From Peribolospora baueri (Eukaryota): a stretch of 64,000 nucleotides of DNA. Position numbers and translations under genes: made by a program. Position 1 is the first letter of the stretch; every line of letters starts with the position of its first letter. The stretch covers positions 124,001 through 188,000 of the forward strand of contig JAMDHS010000020.1 in assembly GCA_029717555.1 (NCBI GenBank). The letters are read 5' to 3'. The notes below the pieces were generated by a model. The model worked only from the letters and a program-made list of their open reading frames with translations, was not told the DNA's origin and did no database searches. Shown here piece after piece: positions 21,892-34,345 of the stretch.

Positions 21892-24258
21892 ATGCGTCTC
21901 CCTCGCAGAGTGCCCTGGGCGTCGGCAGCCGAGTTTGAGCATGTCGCTTCTCTTTTCCTGACGCCCGACGACACTGACGGAAGCGCGAGGAGCGAAGCGC
22001 TTGACCTCGTGAGGCTCCACTTTCTCGTATGGAACACAGCGGAAGAATGCGGTCTGACAAATGTTCTGAGCCGAGCAGATTCAGGTATGGGCGAGTCGAG
22101 GACATGTCCCTCACGCCGTGGAGAGCACGGCGAGTTTGCTCAAGGTCATTTTGAGGGACGAGAGGCTTTCCAATGGAGGAGGAGGAGTCGCTTCGTCCGC
22201 TTGGCAGGATGACCTACGCTTAGCTTACTCGATGGCGCTTACGAGGTGAGGTGTGTTGGCCTCCCGGCGCCTCTATGCGCATACTTCTTTTGCTTAGAGC
22301 CTATATCTTCTTGGCCCGGTCACAGATTTGTCAATGGCCTCGTGGACGCCCACCAAACGGCGATGTTCGCTCGGTCCATTGCAACGATCGCCTCCCAGAT
22401 CGGCTTGCCAGCGTCGTTCGTCGAAGTTCGGCATGCAGCTACGCACGAGGACTTACCAAGCTTAGAGACGGCTAGGATGGGCGCGCGCGAGGTGAGAGGT
22501 TTAATGTACCGAGCCTCGAGGTTAAAGCTCTTGCATCTCAGCAATGATCTCGACATTTCCTCTTTTGCCGCTCTATCAGGCTCTTGCATGGCTTCATGAC
22601 CGGTATTGGATTCCGCTCTCCTCCTCAGTCATACCAGACCTCGACTCCCAGACCAGACGGGACGACCTCACTGCAGACCTGCGACCCCTTCTCAAGCGAT
22701 ATAAGGCGTTGCTCAAGCTGGCGACGAAAGACCGATCTCAAGCCGGGCGCCTCAAAGTCGACATTCACAGAGTGGAACGCGATATCGAGCGTTGGGTCGT
22801 TGGTGCCGGAATCGGTGACTTTGACGTAGAGGCGGTCGCGCAGGCGGGGCGCAAGCGACGACGAGATGACCCTGATGAGCGCGAGGCCGAAGAGGAAGGG
22901 CAGGCGGGTCGCGGAGAACAACAAGCGGAGAGGGGGATCGAGCTGCTGGTTGGAGAGTTGCTCCAACCCGGGGGCTTGGTTCCACTATCCAGAAAGTGAG
23001 TATTGGCGGTCCACCAGCTCCACTTGGACGGCATGGACGACTCGCTCACTCGATGCATGCTATCTGGCGTCCAGGAAACGTCTTCGCGTGGCGTCGAAAG
23101 CGGAGCCTCTCCTCCATCTCCCACCGTCCATCATAGCCATTTGGGCGCCTTTTCTCTCGTCCCTGGGCACGTGCTTCCCCCGAACCTTCGTCGACGAGCT
23201 CCTCTCGCAGCTACTCGACGCGTTGTTGTTACCGGAGACCTCTCGTACGTCGCGAGAGGCGTCAGGACCTGAGGCTATAGCGACGATCCAAGAATCCGAG
23301 GTGGACGATCCGAGCTCGAAAACGCTAGACAGCTCGTATTATATCACCGTCGCTGGCTGGGTTACCTACGTTCTGGAGACATTTGCCCCGGAGGAAGAGG
23401 AGAACGTTATCAAAGCCTGCTTGATCAGCCCAGGCGATTAGTGAGTCGTTCTGTCCAACCTTGTTTGTTGTGGAGGGAACCCAGGGGGGGGGGGGATACC
23501 AATGTTAATTCCTCGACTCTTGTAGCGCCATGATCTTCCTGCGCCACGTCTTCTCTCGCTCTCCCTCCCCATCGTTTCACGAGGCGCTCGCACCTCTCCT
23601 CAAAGTTGCAGATGCTAGACGCCGTATGCTCTTCGAGCTCGCCATCGTCGAACGAAACAGCTCCAGCACCGTCTCCGACTCCGGATCACGCTCACATCGG
23701 CTACAGCAACAACAGCAGCAGGAACTAGCAAAGCAAGCCATAGAGGAAGCCACGTCAGAGGCCCGCGCTGCTCGGGAAGATGCGGAGCGCATCGTTCTTG
23801 AGATGGAAAGCAAAATGGCGGCTTTGCGGGCTTCACTGTCTGTGAGTAAGGTTCTTGTCGATGGTAGGGCGCTAGCGGGCAAGGTCCCTAGCCTTCTCCG
23901 TACAGTGCGGTCATAACCGCGGAATCCTTCAGTGGGGTGCCTGGGGCGCGCTGAGACGACGACGCATACATGTGGGAAAGAGGATATCTGACGGCGACGC
24001 TTACTGCTTCGGATCTCCGTCTACCCTCCCGCATATCTTCAGGCCGGGAGTGACAAGCTGCCAAGCACGTCTCTTTCCACTGGCGGTAACTCCCAACACC
24101 TCCCCTCCGATTCGACAGGGCGAAAAGCGGGCGAAAAGGCTTACTCGTTGAGCGGCTGGCGACTTCTCACTGCGAAGGAGTGGCGACCTACGCCTATTGG
24201 ATGTCTCTCTGGCGACGTGCCCAACCTGGAGCTGCCTCCTCTACCTGTATCGACCTGA
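21892..24258 (+). CDS. LAS1: Las1 HEPN endoribonuclease (pre-rRNA ITS2 processing)
   Basis: MRLPRRVPW, PHAVEST, LRLAYSMALTRFVNGLVD, VEVRHAATHEDLPSL (RxxxxH), C-terminal WRPTPIGCL. Confidence 0.92.
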
Positions 24259-24586
24259 CGGCAGAGACGCCGCCGTTGTTTGGAGCCCAGGCGCCCGGCG
24301 GAAAAGACTCATCTGACGCGGGAGATTGGCTGGCAACGATGCGAAAATGACAGAGCGACAGAGCATGATGCTCCAGTGGCTTTTTTAACCACGAAAATGG
24401 GGTCACCGTCTACTTGTACAAATCATTTTACAAGCTGTCTGAACGATTCCCAGACCCGTCGGAATAGTACAAAAGTTACAGAAGTGGGGAAGAATAGACA
24501 ATTTCAATACCGCGCGATCGGATGCCACTTCATCAGCCGCCTGTCCGGCTGGATGTGTCGCTAGGCTGGCGCCGCAACGAGTAAGG

Positions 24587-26692
24587 CTAGCCGCGTGCGG
24601 ACTGCTTCGAGCGTCCTGAGCGCACAGACTGCCCTGAAGTCACGGTGGGTAGGCTGATAGGAACGAGGCTTCCGGACTGGTCTCGTGCTCGGAGGCTATA
24701 CCCGGCGGGGGCGGATCGGAAGCTGCGCGGACTGAAAGGCGTCGCTCGACTGAGGCGATTCCGATCAGGCGCCGAGCGAACGCTGCCGTCCTCGGGAGGA
24801 CGATGGCGTCCGGCGGGGTCGGGGTTACGCAACGAGTAGGGCTTATACTCCCGTACGCTCTCCGAATCGACCGCCTCGAACTCTGTTCCGTCCTCGGTGG
24901 CACGGAAGGAGGTTTTGGGCCGCGCCGAGTCGACGACCGACGTAATTCGATTTGAGAAAAAAAGCCTCACGACGTCTCGAACATGAGCGAGGATTTTAGC
25001 GGTAGGAAGGGACTGGAGTGACAGCGAGGACCGTTGTGATTGGTCGTGCTCCTCTGCGGAGGCGGAGGCCACCGTCGCTGACGAGCTCGAGCGAGAGTGG
25101 GGTGGCCGCCAAATCGTGAGCCGTTTGACCAGTTTGGACGGCCGAGGTTCCGAGCCTTCGGGGAGGAGGGAAAACGTAAAGTCTTTGCGCCGCCTGGACG
25201 ACGGCGTGGCGGAAATGGAAATCTGTGGGCCAGTGACGGGTGCGGGTAGCTTTGTCGCCTGATGTTGTTCGATGGCCCTTGCCAGTGATATGGTCAGGCG
25301 ACAGGCGAAGATGGTTGTGGTGATGATGCTGAAGTCATTCAGAAGCGATTTGGTGAACGTGTTCGACTGGAACAGGAAGCCGAGGTTGATCCCGTTGGCT
25401 GTCAGGATGGCCTGAAGAGAGGAAGGGGCAAACGTGGAGAGCGATCGTTCAGAAAACGAATCTGTGTGCGTATATGTGTGTGAGCAGAGAGCCTCCTCAC
25501 GACGTAGTACAGAACATTATCCTTTAGAAGCGTCCTGATAAGCGGACTTTCCGTCGCCCTCAAGGTTTCCACGCTCTGGAAGCGAGGACGTGCGCAGGAG
25601 GATTTGTTAGCTCTACAGAGTTCGTCGGGACCTGAGTATGAGATTCATTCACCTTTCGGACGGTAAGAACGAAGATCAGGGTCTCGAAGACCATAGGTGA
25701 AATGTAGAAGGCCGCGAAGAACGTGCTCGTGGGCTGTGAGACGCATCCCCTGTAATTTCGAACCGTTCCAAAGAACAGCGCTAGAAGGTGGACGAAAGTG
25801 CGGCGGTCAACGTCTCTGACGTTGGGCCGGACGAACACCGGAGGCGGAACGACTCACGCTCGACGAAGTTGCCGGCGGCGAGTATGATCGCGCCGTTGGC
25901 TAAATACAGGGCACCGATGATGAGGAGAAAACCTCGCGACTGTCAAGGGGAGTCGAGAGGAGGTCAGGCGAACGAGCCGTCGGCACGCATCCACGTCCAG
26001 CGTTCGGATAACTCCTTACTCGATCGTAGAGCGCCCACGCCCTCAAAGACAAAAGGGCGATGCTGGGCAGTACGACGACGGCACTGAGGTAGGGCACGAC
26101 GCGGACGAAGGTCTGACACCGGTCGACGGGGGTGAGGACGGTGAAGGAGAAGCTAAAGGGAATGACGATCGAGAACTCGACGATGGCCACGTATCGAGCC
26201 AGGAAGAAAGAGACCTTGAGCGCAGTGACCGGTCTCTTCCAGAGCAGCGCCACTTCCGATGGAAGGAGCGAGAGCCAGCTGAGGGAAGGCAGGGAGGACT
26301 TTTGCGCCATGAGCAGCCAAATGACAGAGACCGCTCGAGCAGAGGCTTGACACTCACTCCCACAGTAGGATAGCATAAAGGGCAACGTTGAGCTGATCGC
26401 CACCTATGAAAAAGTTGACATCGGAAACGATGGTCGATTCTCTCGCTGCTGTTGACGTGTCGTTCCCACTGCCGCCATTGAGGCCGGTCGTCGTTCCCGT
26501 GGACGTGGGGGCCGGGCTGGCTGCCATCGTCGTTTGCTCAGTGCTCCCGCCAGCAGAAGCCAAAGCGGCCTCGGGACGCATGCGACGTCCGAACCCTGTC
26601 GGCGTTTGCGCGGAGACCAGCATTGGAAGGACCAAGAAGAGCGCGACGAGGGAGAGCCGGCCGCCGAGAAGAGACGGTGGCAAAGGCGGCAT
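24587..26692 (-). CDS. Second DUF6533-like multi-pass membrane protein with signal peptide
   Basis: Hydrophobic leader LSLVALFLVLPMLVSA, S/T-rich segment, AILLWE|WLSLLPSEVALLWK..FFLARY, LRAWALY, FETLIFVLTV, TLLKDNVLYYV, FACRLTISL. Confidence 0.75.
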
Positions 26693-27583
26693 GATGGAAA
26701 GGCGGTCCCGCCGCAATGCGAAACGGAGACGAAAGGTGGACGACGCCGACGTCTCAAGAACGGAGAGGGTTTTCTCCAGCGCTATAGATCGAAGAAACTC
26801 CGAGTCGTTGTGGAGGCCAGCTCTTTGATCCGGGTGCCAAAGGTCGGACGAAAAGGCATACGCCGTTTATTTAAACATCCTCCTCTTGGCGAGGAGTCCG
26901 GGGACAGGGGAGCGCGACGAAGAGACGGGGGAGAGCATGCAGAATCGACCCGAGAGTCTTGCTTGCCATTGTTCTGAGGCGACGGCTACCCTGGTGACGA
27001 TGCGAGGGCAGAGGCGTACGGGTGAGAGAGGAGCTACTAGGGCGGTTGGACGCATCGCTACGGACGTGTATGCATGCTGATGGAGGACGAGCTGCGCGGG
27101 GAAGAGGGGCTCGGGAGCAAGGACGCTTGGAATCATTGATAACGAAGGGATAGAGCCTGGGGAAGCCAGTTAGCCCGTCCAGTGGCACCTTTGTCCTAGC
27201 AACGCCCGCAGGCGAGCGAGACATTTGTGCACGAGCCACCGGCCCGGAGACCGAAGACGGTCAAGGTGGCCGCGGCGACGACGTATCGGATACGATGTCT
27301 CTAAGACGAGGGCGAGCCACGGGAGCTTGCCTACATGGAGGTGACGAGCAAAGCCAACGAACGTGGTCGTCTGACGATCTGTGCGAGTTCTTTTGCGTGT
27401 GACAGACAGCTCGACCCCGTTCCTGCGGCGCTCGGCGTTCCTGTTGCCGAGCCGGAGCGAGCAAGGATGGCGTCGTCCACTCCGCCAGACCTTTTGTGGG
27501 GTCGTGCGACGTTGCTCGACACGGCCACCACCTACCTTGCCTCTCACCTGCCAGCCACGCACCCCCGGGCAACGTTGGCGACG

Positions 27584-29157
27584 ATGAGCTTCCACACGTT
27601 CCGCACCAGCGACGGCGCCTCGCTCGCCTACAAGGTGCTCGGCAAGGCCGGCCGGAGCACGAGCGCGACGCGGAGGCCCATCATCCTTGTGAGCTGCCTT
27701 GGGCTCCGCGACACTGAACGTAGGCGAAGGACCGGACGCTGGCTGAATGGACGTCGTCCCGTCGCTCGTCTCGCACCTCCAGATCAACGGCATGTCCGCG
27801 GTGATGGAGGACTGGGCGCCTCTGGACAGCGAGCTTTCCAAGTCGCGACCCGGTGAGTCCGTCAGTCAGGCAGTCAGGAGATTCTGGGACGGGCTCGTCT
27901 GTGCCTAGCCCCGCTCGCCCGGCCAGGCCTCCTCGGCGCCGTTCGCAAACGCACCTGAAACTTATCCCTGTCGCCGTTCCGATCCCGCTCTCCGTATTCA
28001 TGTGCACATGAACGCAAGTTATCATCTACGACCACAGGTGCGTCGGTATCTGCTGACCCCCCCTTCATATCTCTCCCGCGCTCATCGTCTTGACACCTTC
28101 GCAGAGGCATCGGTCACTCGAAGACGCAGCCGGACACGGATCTGACGATAGAGAGGATGGCCAAAGACGCCGTCGAGCTCGTTCACCACCTCGGCTACGG
28201 GGAGGTGGACGTTCTGGGCTTCTCTATGGGAGGTGAGGGACCGTGAAGACCGTAGGTACGCTTTGCACGTCGCCACCCCATGCTCAACGCAAACGCGTTT
28301 CGAACCTGTCTGTCTGTCGACCGGACGGACGGATGGACGGACGGACGATCCAGGCCTGATAGCCCAACAAGTCCTCCTCCTCGACTCTCCCGTCCTCCGC
28401 GTCCCCCAAGCCGTCCTCGCAGCAACGATGTGCAAACCTCCGCACTCTGATTTCGCCGCGATCAGCGAAGCGTCGCCAGGTATGATCGGCGCAGGAAGTG
28501 GAGCGGGCCGGTTGAGCGAGGAGGACAAGCGTAAGGCTGTGGAGGCCATGGTGCGATTGCAGTATCACGAGGATGGCCTGCGGGAGAGTGCGGCGCTGAG
28601 GAAGAAGGCGGAGGAGAGGGTGAGGATAAGCGTCAACACGAGGTGAGCGTCGTCCGCGAGCGACCGGCCAATGTCAAATTTATATGTGCGGCTTCTAATC
28701 ATCTCTCTCGATTTTAATCCGGCCCTTCTCTCCACGCCATTCTCGACATTCGACCTCTCGTAGACGACCGGCCAAGCAAATCGGTGAGGGGGATGGCCGT
28801 CCGCTCGGATGGGTTGCCTGCGTAATCTCACATGCCTCTTACCCCCTTCTATCTCTATCTCCGCCAGTCGCCCAGCTCCTCGCCATCAACGACACTGACC
28901 TCCGTCCGCGTCTCTCGAGCATCCCACCCTCGACGCGTGTGCTCGTCATCGCAGGGTCCAAAGACCGCATGGTCTGGCGTTCCGAGGCCGATTACATCCT
29001 CCGCGGCATCCCTCATGCCAAGCTGGCCAAGTTTAGCACCGACGACTTCGGCCACCTTTGGTACGACTATGGCGAGATTGGCGAGTGGGGCGCGTTGTTG
29101 GGCCGGTTTCTGGATGATGAGGACGACGAGGCGGGGACGGCCAAGGCCAAGCTTTGA
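27584..29157 (+). CDS. Alpha/beta hydrolase with C-terminal PTS1 (AKL)
   Basis: SDGASLAYKVLG, IILINGMS, VIIYDHRGIGHS, nucleophile elbow GFSMGG, VLVIAGSKD, FGH; ends AKAKL*. An in-frame upstream ATG at 27467 is possible. Confidence 0.85.
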
Positions 29158-29348
29158 GCGTGCTAGAGGGTGGAGTGCCGGCTTGGTGAGGATGGCCATT
29201 GCTTCTTTGCTGGTGGAAGGAACTCGGCGGAGCGGAAAATGGCGCGCCGTGCGCCCCATGTATCTCGCGTGAGCTCGGGTGTGCCCACAACCCGACGGTC
29301 CAAGAATCGGAGCGGCACCATTTCAGTCGCCTCTTGTGTTGGCGCGAT

Positions 29349-30050
29349 CTAACCCTCCTCGGAAAACGAAAGCAGGCCGACCTTGGGCTTCTTCGCTTTT
29401 TTCTTTTCCTTCGCTTTCGCCTCCTTGTCCTCTTTACCTCTGTTCTTCGTCCCGCCTCGTTCGCCCTTGCCAGGCTCGATGGCGTTGGCGTCCTTCGAGC
29501 CATCGCCTTCTCCGTCTTGGCCGATCGCAGCCTTCCTCTTTCGCGGCCCGGCGTGGGAAGACGCCTTGGTGCCGGGCACCGACAATTCAGAAGCCTTGCC
29601 TTTGGAAGACGGCTGAGATGGTTTGGAGTGTGATCCAAGAGCGGTTGCAGGCGCCTCCCGCGCCGTGTCTGAGGGAGGAGAGACGGTGGGAAGAATCGGT
29701 TCGCTGGTGAGCTCGGGAGGCGGCAACGAAGATCGACCAACGGCATTCACACGCTCACCTTCTTCGCCCTTGGGCTTGCGATCCGCCTCCAGCTCGTCCC
29801 TACTCAGGTGCTTGCCCTCCTTGACCACGACGATCTGCGGCGCCTCCTCTCCCCTCTCGAACCCAAGCGCGTCCAAGTCGCCGCCGTCATCGAGCTCTAC
29901 CCCGTCCGGTCGCGTGGGGATCGGAGGCCGGCCGTCGCCTGGGTCGTGGAAGGTGGGACCGTCGTCGCCTCGCCTGGGGTTGAGAGAGGCGTGCAGCCCC
30001 TGAAGGAACTTGGGCACCTGCGCCGTGTATTGCAGGTTCGTCGACGGCAT
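29349..30050 (-). CDS. DUF4604 (KIAA1143-like) small disordered protein, intronless
   Basis: NLQYTAQVPKFLQ, EEAPQIVVVKEGKHLS, Lys-rich end with LLSFSEEG. Confidence 0.75.
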   Translation of the reverse strand: MPSTNLQYTAQVPKFLQGLHASLNPRRGDDGPTFHDPGDGRPPIPTRPDGVELDDGGDLDALGFERGEEAPQIVVVKEGKHLSRDELEADRKPKGEEGERVNAVGRSSLPPPELTSEPILPTVSPPSDTAREAPATALGSHSKPSQPSSKGKASELSVPGTKASSHAGPRKRKAAIGQDGEGDGSKDANAIEPGKGERGGTKNRGKEDKEAKAKEKKKAKKPKVGLLSFSEEG

Positions 30051-30651
30051 GGCTCGCAGTAGGCAAGGATGATGATGGCATCTGCTCCTTCGGGTCGCCT
30101 CGCCCGTCGCAGTGATCGACTCCGCCTACCGCCGCGCTTCTGCGACGACGACCCACCGCTCGCGATCCCTCTTCCCTCCTCCATCCTTCCGCTTCCCCAT
30201 TCCAGCCGGATGCCGCCGTAGCCACGTCTACATTACCCTTTACTTCTCTGCCGGACGTGCTCTGCTGAGGTGTGGCTGGAGAACTGGCCAAAGATAGAGG
30301 AACAACGAGCGGCGACTGGGGAAAGAAAAAGCGTTCACAGTACAGCGCCGTCGAAGCGTTTTCACGCCCTCGCTGGGTCCCGCGTCCAAGTGGGCCTGAT
30401 GAGAGGCTCGCTGTTTTTTCCCGACGAGATCGTTAGCGATTACATGTACGATAGGTTAGGCGTCATACCCAACAACCTGTCGCTATCACGTTTGCTTCCT
30501 TCCTTCGGCCGAGAAGAAGAGAAGTGATCGGGGCCGGGGCCGGGGCCGGCTGAAAGAGACGGAACGGAAAGAAGCGCGTACACTGTCCCAACATCAACCA
30601 CTCCCATCGACGACGGACTTGCGCTTGTCGAAGGCAGCTTCAGCGTCTCCC

Positions 30652-31501
30652 ATGCTCCCTGCTGTCCTGCGGACGACTCAGTCCGCCTCCCCAGCTGCAG
30701 CCGTCACCGCACACGCCCGGTCGTTCTACACTTCTCTGGCCAGGAACATGTCCATCGAGGCGTCCATACGAGCCAAGGTGCGGGCCGACCGGGCAGACGT
30801 CGGACGGGGCGTGTACCTATCTCGCTGATTTGCGTATTCTTCTCGGCTGCCTTCTCTCCTGGAAATTCCAAAGCTCACCGATCTGCTCAAGCCTCAACAG
30901 CTGACGATCCGAAACGAGTTGAGTTTCTCCCCCAAGCTTCAGCCGCGCTTTCTCTCCTTCCTGCTTTCCTTCGCGCCCTCCCTGGGCCTCAACGCACGCA
31001 CGCAGGCCTTCCCCGATCCCTGACACGAATCCGAATCCTCTGCGCTTGCTTTAGCTCCGCCGCGCACGCCCATCATGCCGCCATGGTCGCTCAGGGGGGT
31101 GGGAACGGAGAGACGCGTGAGTGCATAGATGGGTCGTCGTGATCTTTCGTCGCCATGTATGGATTGATGGATGGGTGGATGGGTGGATGGATGCCCGCTT
31201 ACCGTTTTCGCCGGTTCACCCTCAGACTTCCATGTGGAGGTTGTCAGCGACGTCTTCGATGGCAAGGTGCGTGTTGTGCCTCGGGCATATCTAAAACGGC
31301 CTCCCATCCCACCCTACAGATCTTTCAAGGTCTGGGCTAAGCGCCTGCTATCCCTGCCGTTCACCCCTTCTCCTCTCACAGACCCAAATCGCACGGCATC
31401 GGATGGTGAATGGCGCGCTCAAGGACGAATTCGACCGGGGCCTGCACGCGCTCAGCTTGCGGACCAAGACGCCGGCCGAGGAGGTGGGCAGGACGGCGTG
31501 A
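30652..31501 (+). CDS. BOL1: Mitochondrial BolA family protein (BolA1-like), 5 exons
   Basis: SIEASIRAK|LTDLLKPQQLTIRND|SAAHAHHAAM..GETH|FHVEVVSDVFDGK|TQIARHRMVNGALKDEFDRGLHALSLRTKTP. Confidence 0.88.
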
Positions 31502-31744
31502 GGATGAGGCGACATGTAAACGGTACTGTGCTGACAGGTCGAGGCAAGGTCACAATTTAACAGAGGGGTTGCAGATGGGACGACAGGCATGGTACGCACA
31601 GCAGTGAGGCATACAACGATGGGACAATGGTCTGGCGACGGATCGGTGCAAGTGGGGGCTGCGATAGTGGAAACAAAAATCTACTACTCTCGACGTGGAC
31701 CGAACGCGAATGGTGTCCGGCAGTGGACGGTCCGCAGGTCCGTG

Positions 31745-33930
31745 TCAGGCAGCGTCGTCGATGCCGCCTCCAGTGATACGACTGACAGACAATCAGACCA
31801 AGCGATCAACACCACTGGAGGCAGCTTACAACACACCGGCAAGCGAGACGTATGGCCAGTGAGTCAGAAAGGGCACTCACTAAGTCGCTTCTGCCTCCGC
31901 GCATTCTGGGCTATCAACAATCTTCGCGATGCGTTCATCGCCCCGGCCTTTACGAAGGTAGACTGCTCGACGATGAAGGCGGCGCGAGGCGAGGGTGAGA
32001 TCACGGAAAAATGAGCGGCTGAAAGACCGGATCACGACACTTCCGCACTCACCTCTGGTCGAGCTGGCATGAGCGAGGACGTGTCCGCCGATGGGACGCG
32101 CGGCAGGAGCAAAAGTCATCGTGGCGCCTGGGTCAGATTGGACCTGGTTGATGAGGAGGACGGCCACTCCGAACTGGCCACAACCGGCGCGTTGATCCTA
32201 GTCAGACGCGAGCAAACGGAAGGCGAGAAACGCAGAGCAGGAGCGGCTCACTTCCTCAGCAATCCTTGTCAGCCTTCCGAGCATCTGGTTAAGCTTTTGC
32301 TGGCGCTCGCCGAGTTCACCGCGTCCGCTGTAGTCGACGCGGAAAAGGGCCTTTTGGACGGCCGAAACGAAGGAGAAAAGAAGCCGGAACTTAAGGGCCT
32401 TGACCAAGGCAACGACGGCGCAGTAGTAATGCATCACGTTCAGTTCGTACCATGATCGAGTCGACGATTAGAAGCTTGTAGTGACCGTCTGCACAGCGGC
32501 ACGGCAAAGGAGGAACGAGGCAAGGAACGAATCATAGAAACTGTAAATTGATGGCTGACGAACTGAAGCGCGGTCCCCGGAGTACCTTTGGCAAATTCGG
32601 TGGCGGCGAGGTTGATCAAATCCATCTGATGCTCCGAGTTCAAGGCCCGACCGGTGAGAATGTTCTCCAGAGCCGCCTGTGATGAAGAAACATTTTCAAC
32701 CTTGGAACAACGTGGCACAGAAACCGCAGATTGTAGCTCACGTCGCCATCGACATCGAACCGGTTGGCGATCTCTTTTACGCGGTGAGGACGGAAAGTGC
32801 CTTCCGTGTCAATATACGCAACCTTGCCTTGAGCGCCACCCTGTTCCCGACGCATACATGCTGTCTTCTGTCAGTGGCGATGACCATCGAAGCGAGTGCC
32901 GACTCGGGACAGTCACTGACCATTCCGTACGGCAGCTGAGCGGTGACGCAGAGCGTGTGGCATAGTTGTGTCTCTGTCGTAATACTCGCAAGTGAGATAG
33001 TCAATGTCCTGTCGCAAGAATTAAAGTCGCACCTGGTGCTCGAATAAAGCTCACTTCCACATCGGAACTCTCCATAGCATTCGGAGATGCTGCCGGTCTG
33101 GAAGCCGCCGCCGAGGATCTTTGACGTAGCTGTCTTGTGTGAGCAAATGGAAAACTGGGCACGAGTAGGATCACCGCCGTGTTCTCTCACTTGATTGAAC
33201 TGCGTGCTGCCGGTGGAGATGTGCAAGACTTTCTGACGGCGGTCCATGGCCTGCACACCTGTCTCAAATTGGGTGGGCTGCATACGGCCAAATTGTCAGC
33301 CGACGCTATGACCGGTATCGCAGTGCGAAGGGGTCATCAATGGACGACTGCCTGACCACTATCTTTCCAGCGACCTCCTGGAATAGGTCAAACAGACATG
33401 GAAAAGCAGTTGAGCGGCGTGGCTCGGCTGCCTAGGACAACGACGGGCCGGGCCAAGGTACTTTCTTCGGCATCTATGCGGTCTCATACACAGGCGTCAG
33501 CGTAAATCCTACCTTAAGCTTGTCTACCTTAATCTCGGAAAGGCCCTGAAACGTTTGGATGACATGAGCACTGGCCAAGTTAAGCCCGAAGGGGCTTTCT
33601 CACTTCCAACGAGGCACGAGTCGTCGGCGACATTCTCCCAGACTGCACCTTAATTTTGCAAAGGTTCTTTCTTGTCATGCTTACGACGCTCTGGACAGTG
33701 CTGCAGCCGGCGCTCTTGAGCTTGGTAATATCGGCCATGCTGATGCCCTGGTCTCGATCAGTCAAGTCCCACGAGCGAGGAAGAGGAAAGCGGGGTAAGA
33801 CTCGCGGTAGATGAGCATGGAGGGACAATAGAGGGAGGGAAATGGACAAGCTGACATGCGCCTGGAGCTCCTCGATGTCGTTGAAGGACACCTCCTCGCA
33901 ATCCTCTACTTGCTCGGCGATGTCAGACAT
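31745..33930 (-). CDS. DMC1: Meiotic recombinase Dmc1
   Basis: [102 protein letters not shown]. The residues are Dmc1-type rather than Rad51-type. Confidence 0.93.
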
Positions 33931-34345
33931 GATGGTGATGACCTCGGTCACTTTTCTTGTCTGTCTGAGATGGAAGAAGCAAAGCAGGAAACGTCTTTCC
34001 GGTCTTCCAAGCGCTGGCCGCCAAGTCGGTCAGCGCACGGGCCAGGGACGGAGTCAGGGTTAGGTGCGCACCGCCCCGCGTTAACCGCGTCCTAGCCGCA
34101 GCTGCCTACCGATCGTGATGGGCGCTGAGAGCTGCGTCATCACTTCAGCAGAATCTCGCTCGACGTCCGCGACGTCGTTCCTTTTCCTTCTCTCCATCAC
34201 TGCGTCGTCTTCTTTTCACTGCCTTTCTCCTCCGTCCGTCCCCCCATTCAGACGTCCCCAGTTTTTGTAGCCCTCGGTCTTCTCTCTCGCTTCGGTGGAC
34301 TCGAAACCGATCGTTGGTCTTTCTCCCAAACCGCACTTGCCAATC

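Noticed and set aside
23485..23495. G11 run
   Set aside because: Lies in a LAS1 intron; simple homopolymer with no coding effect
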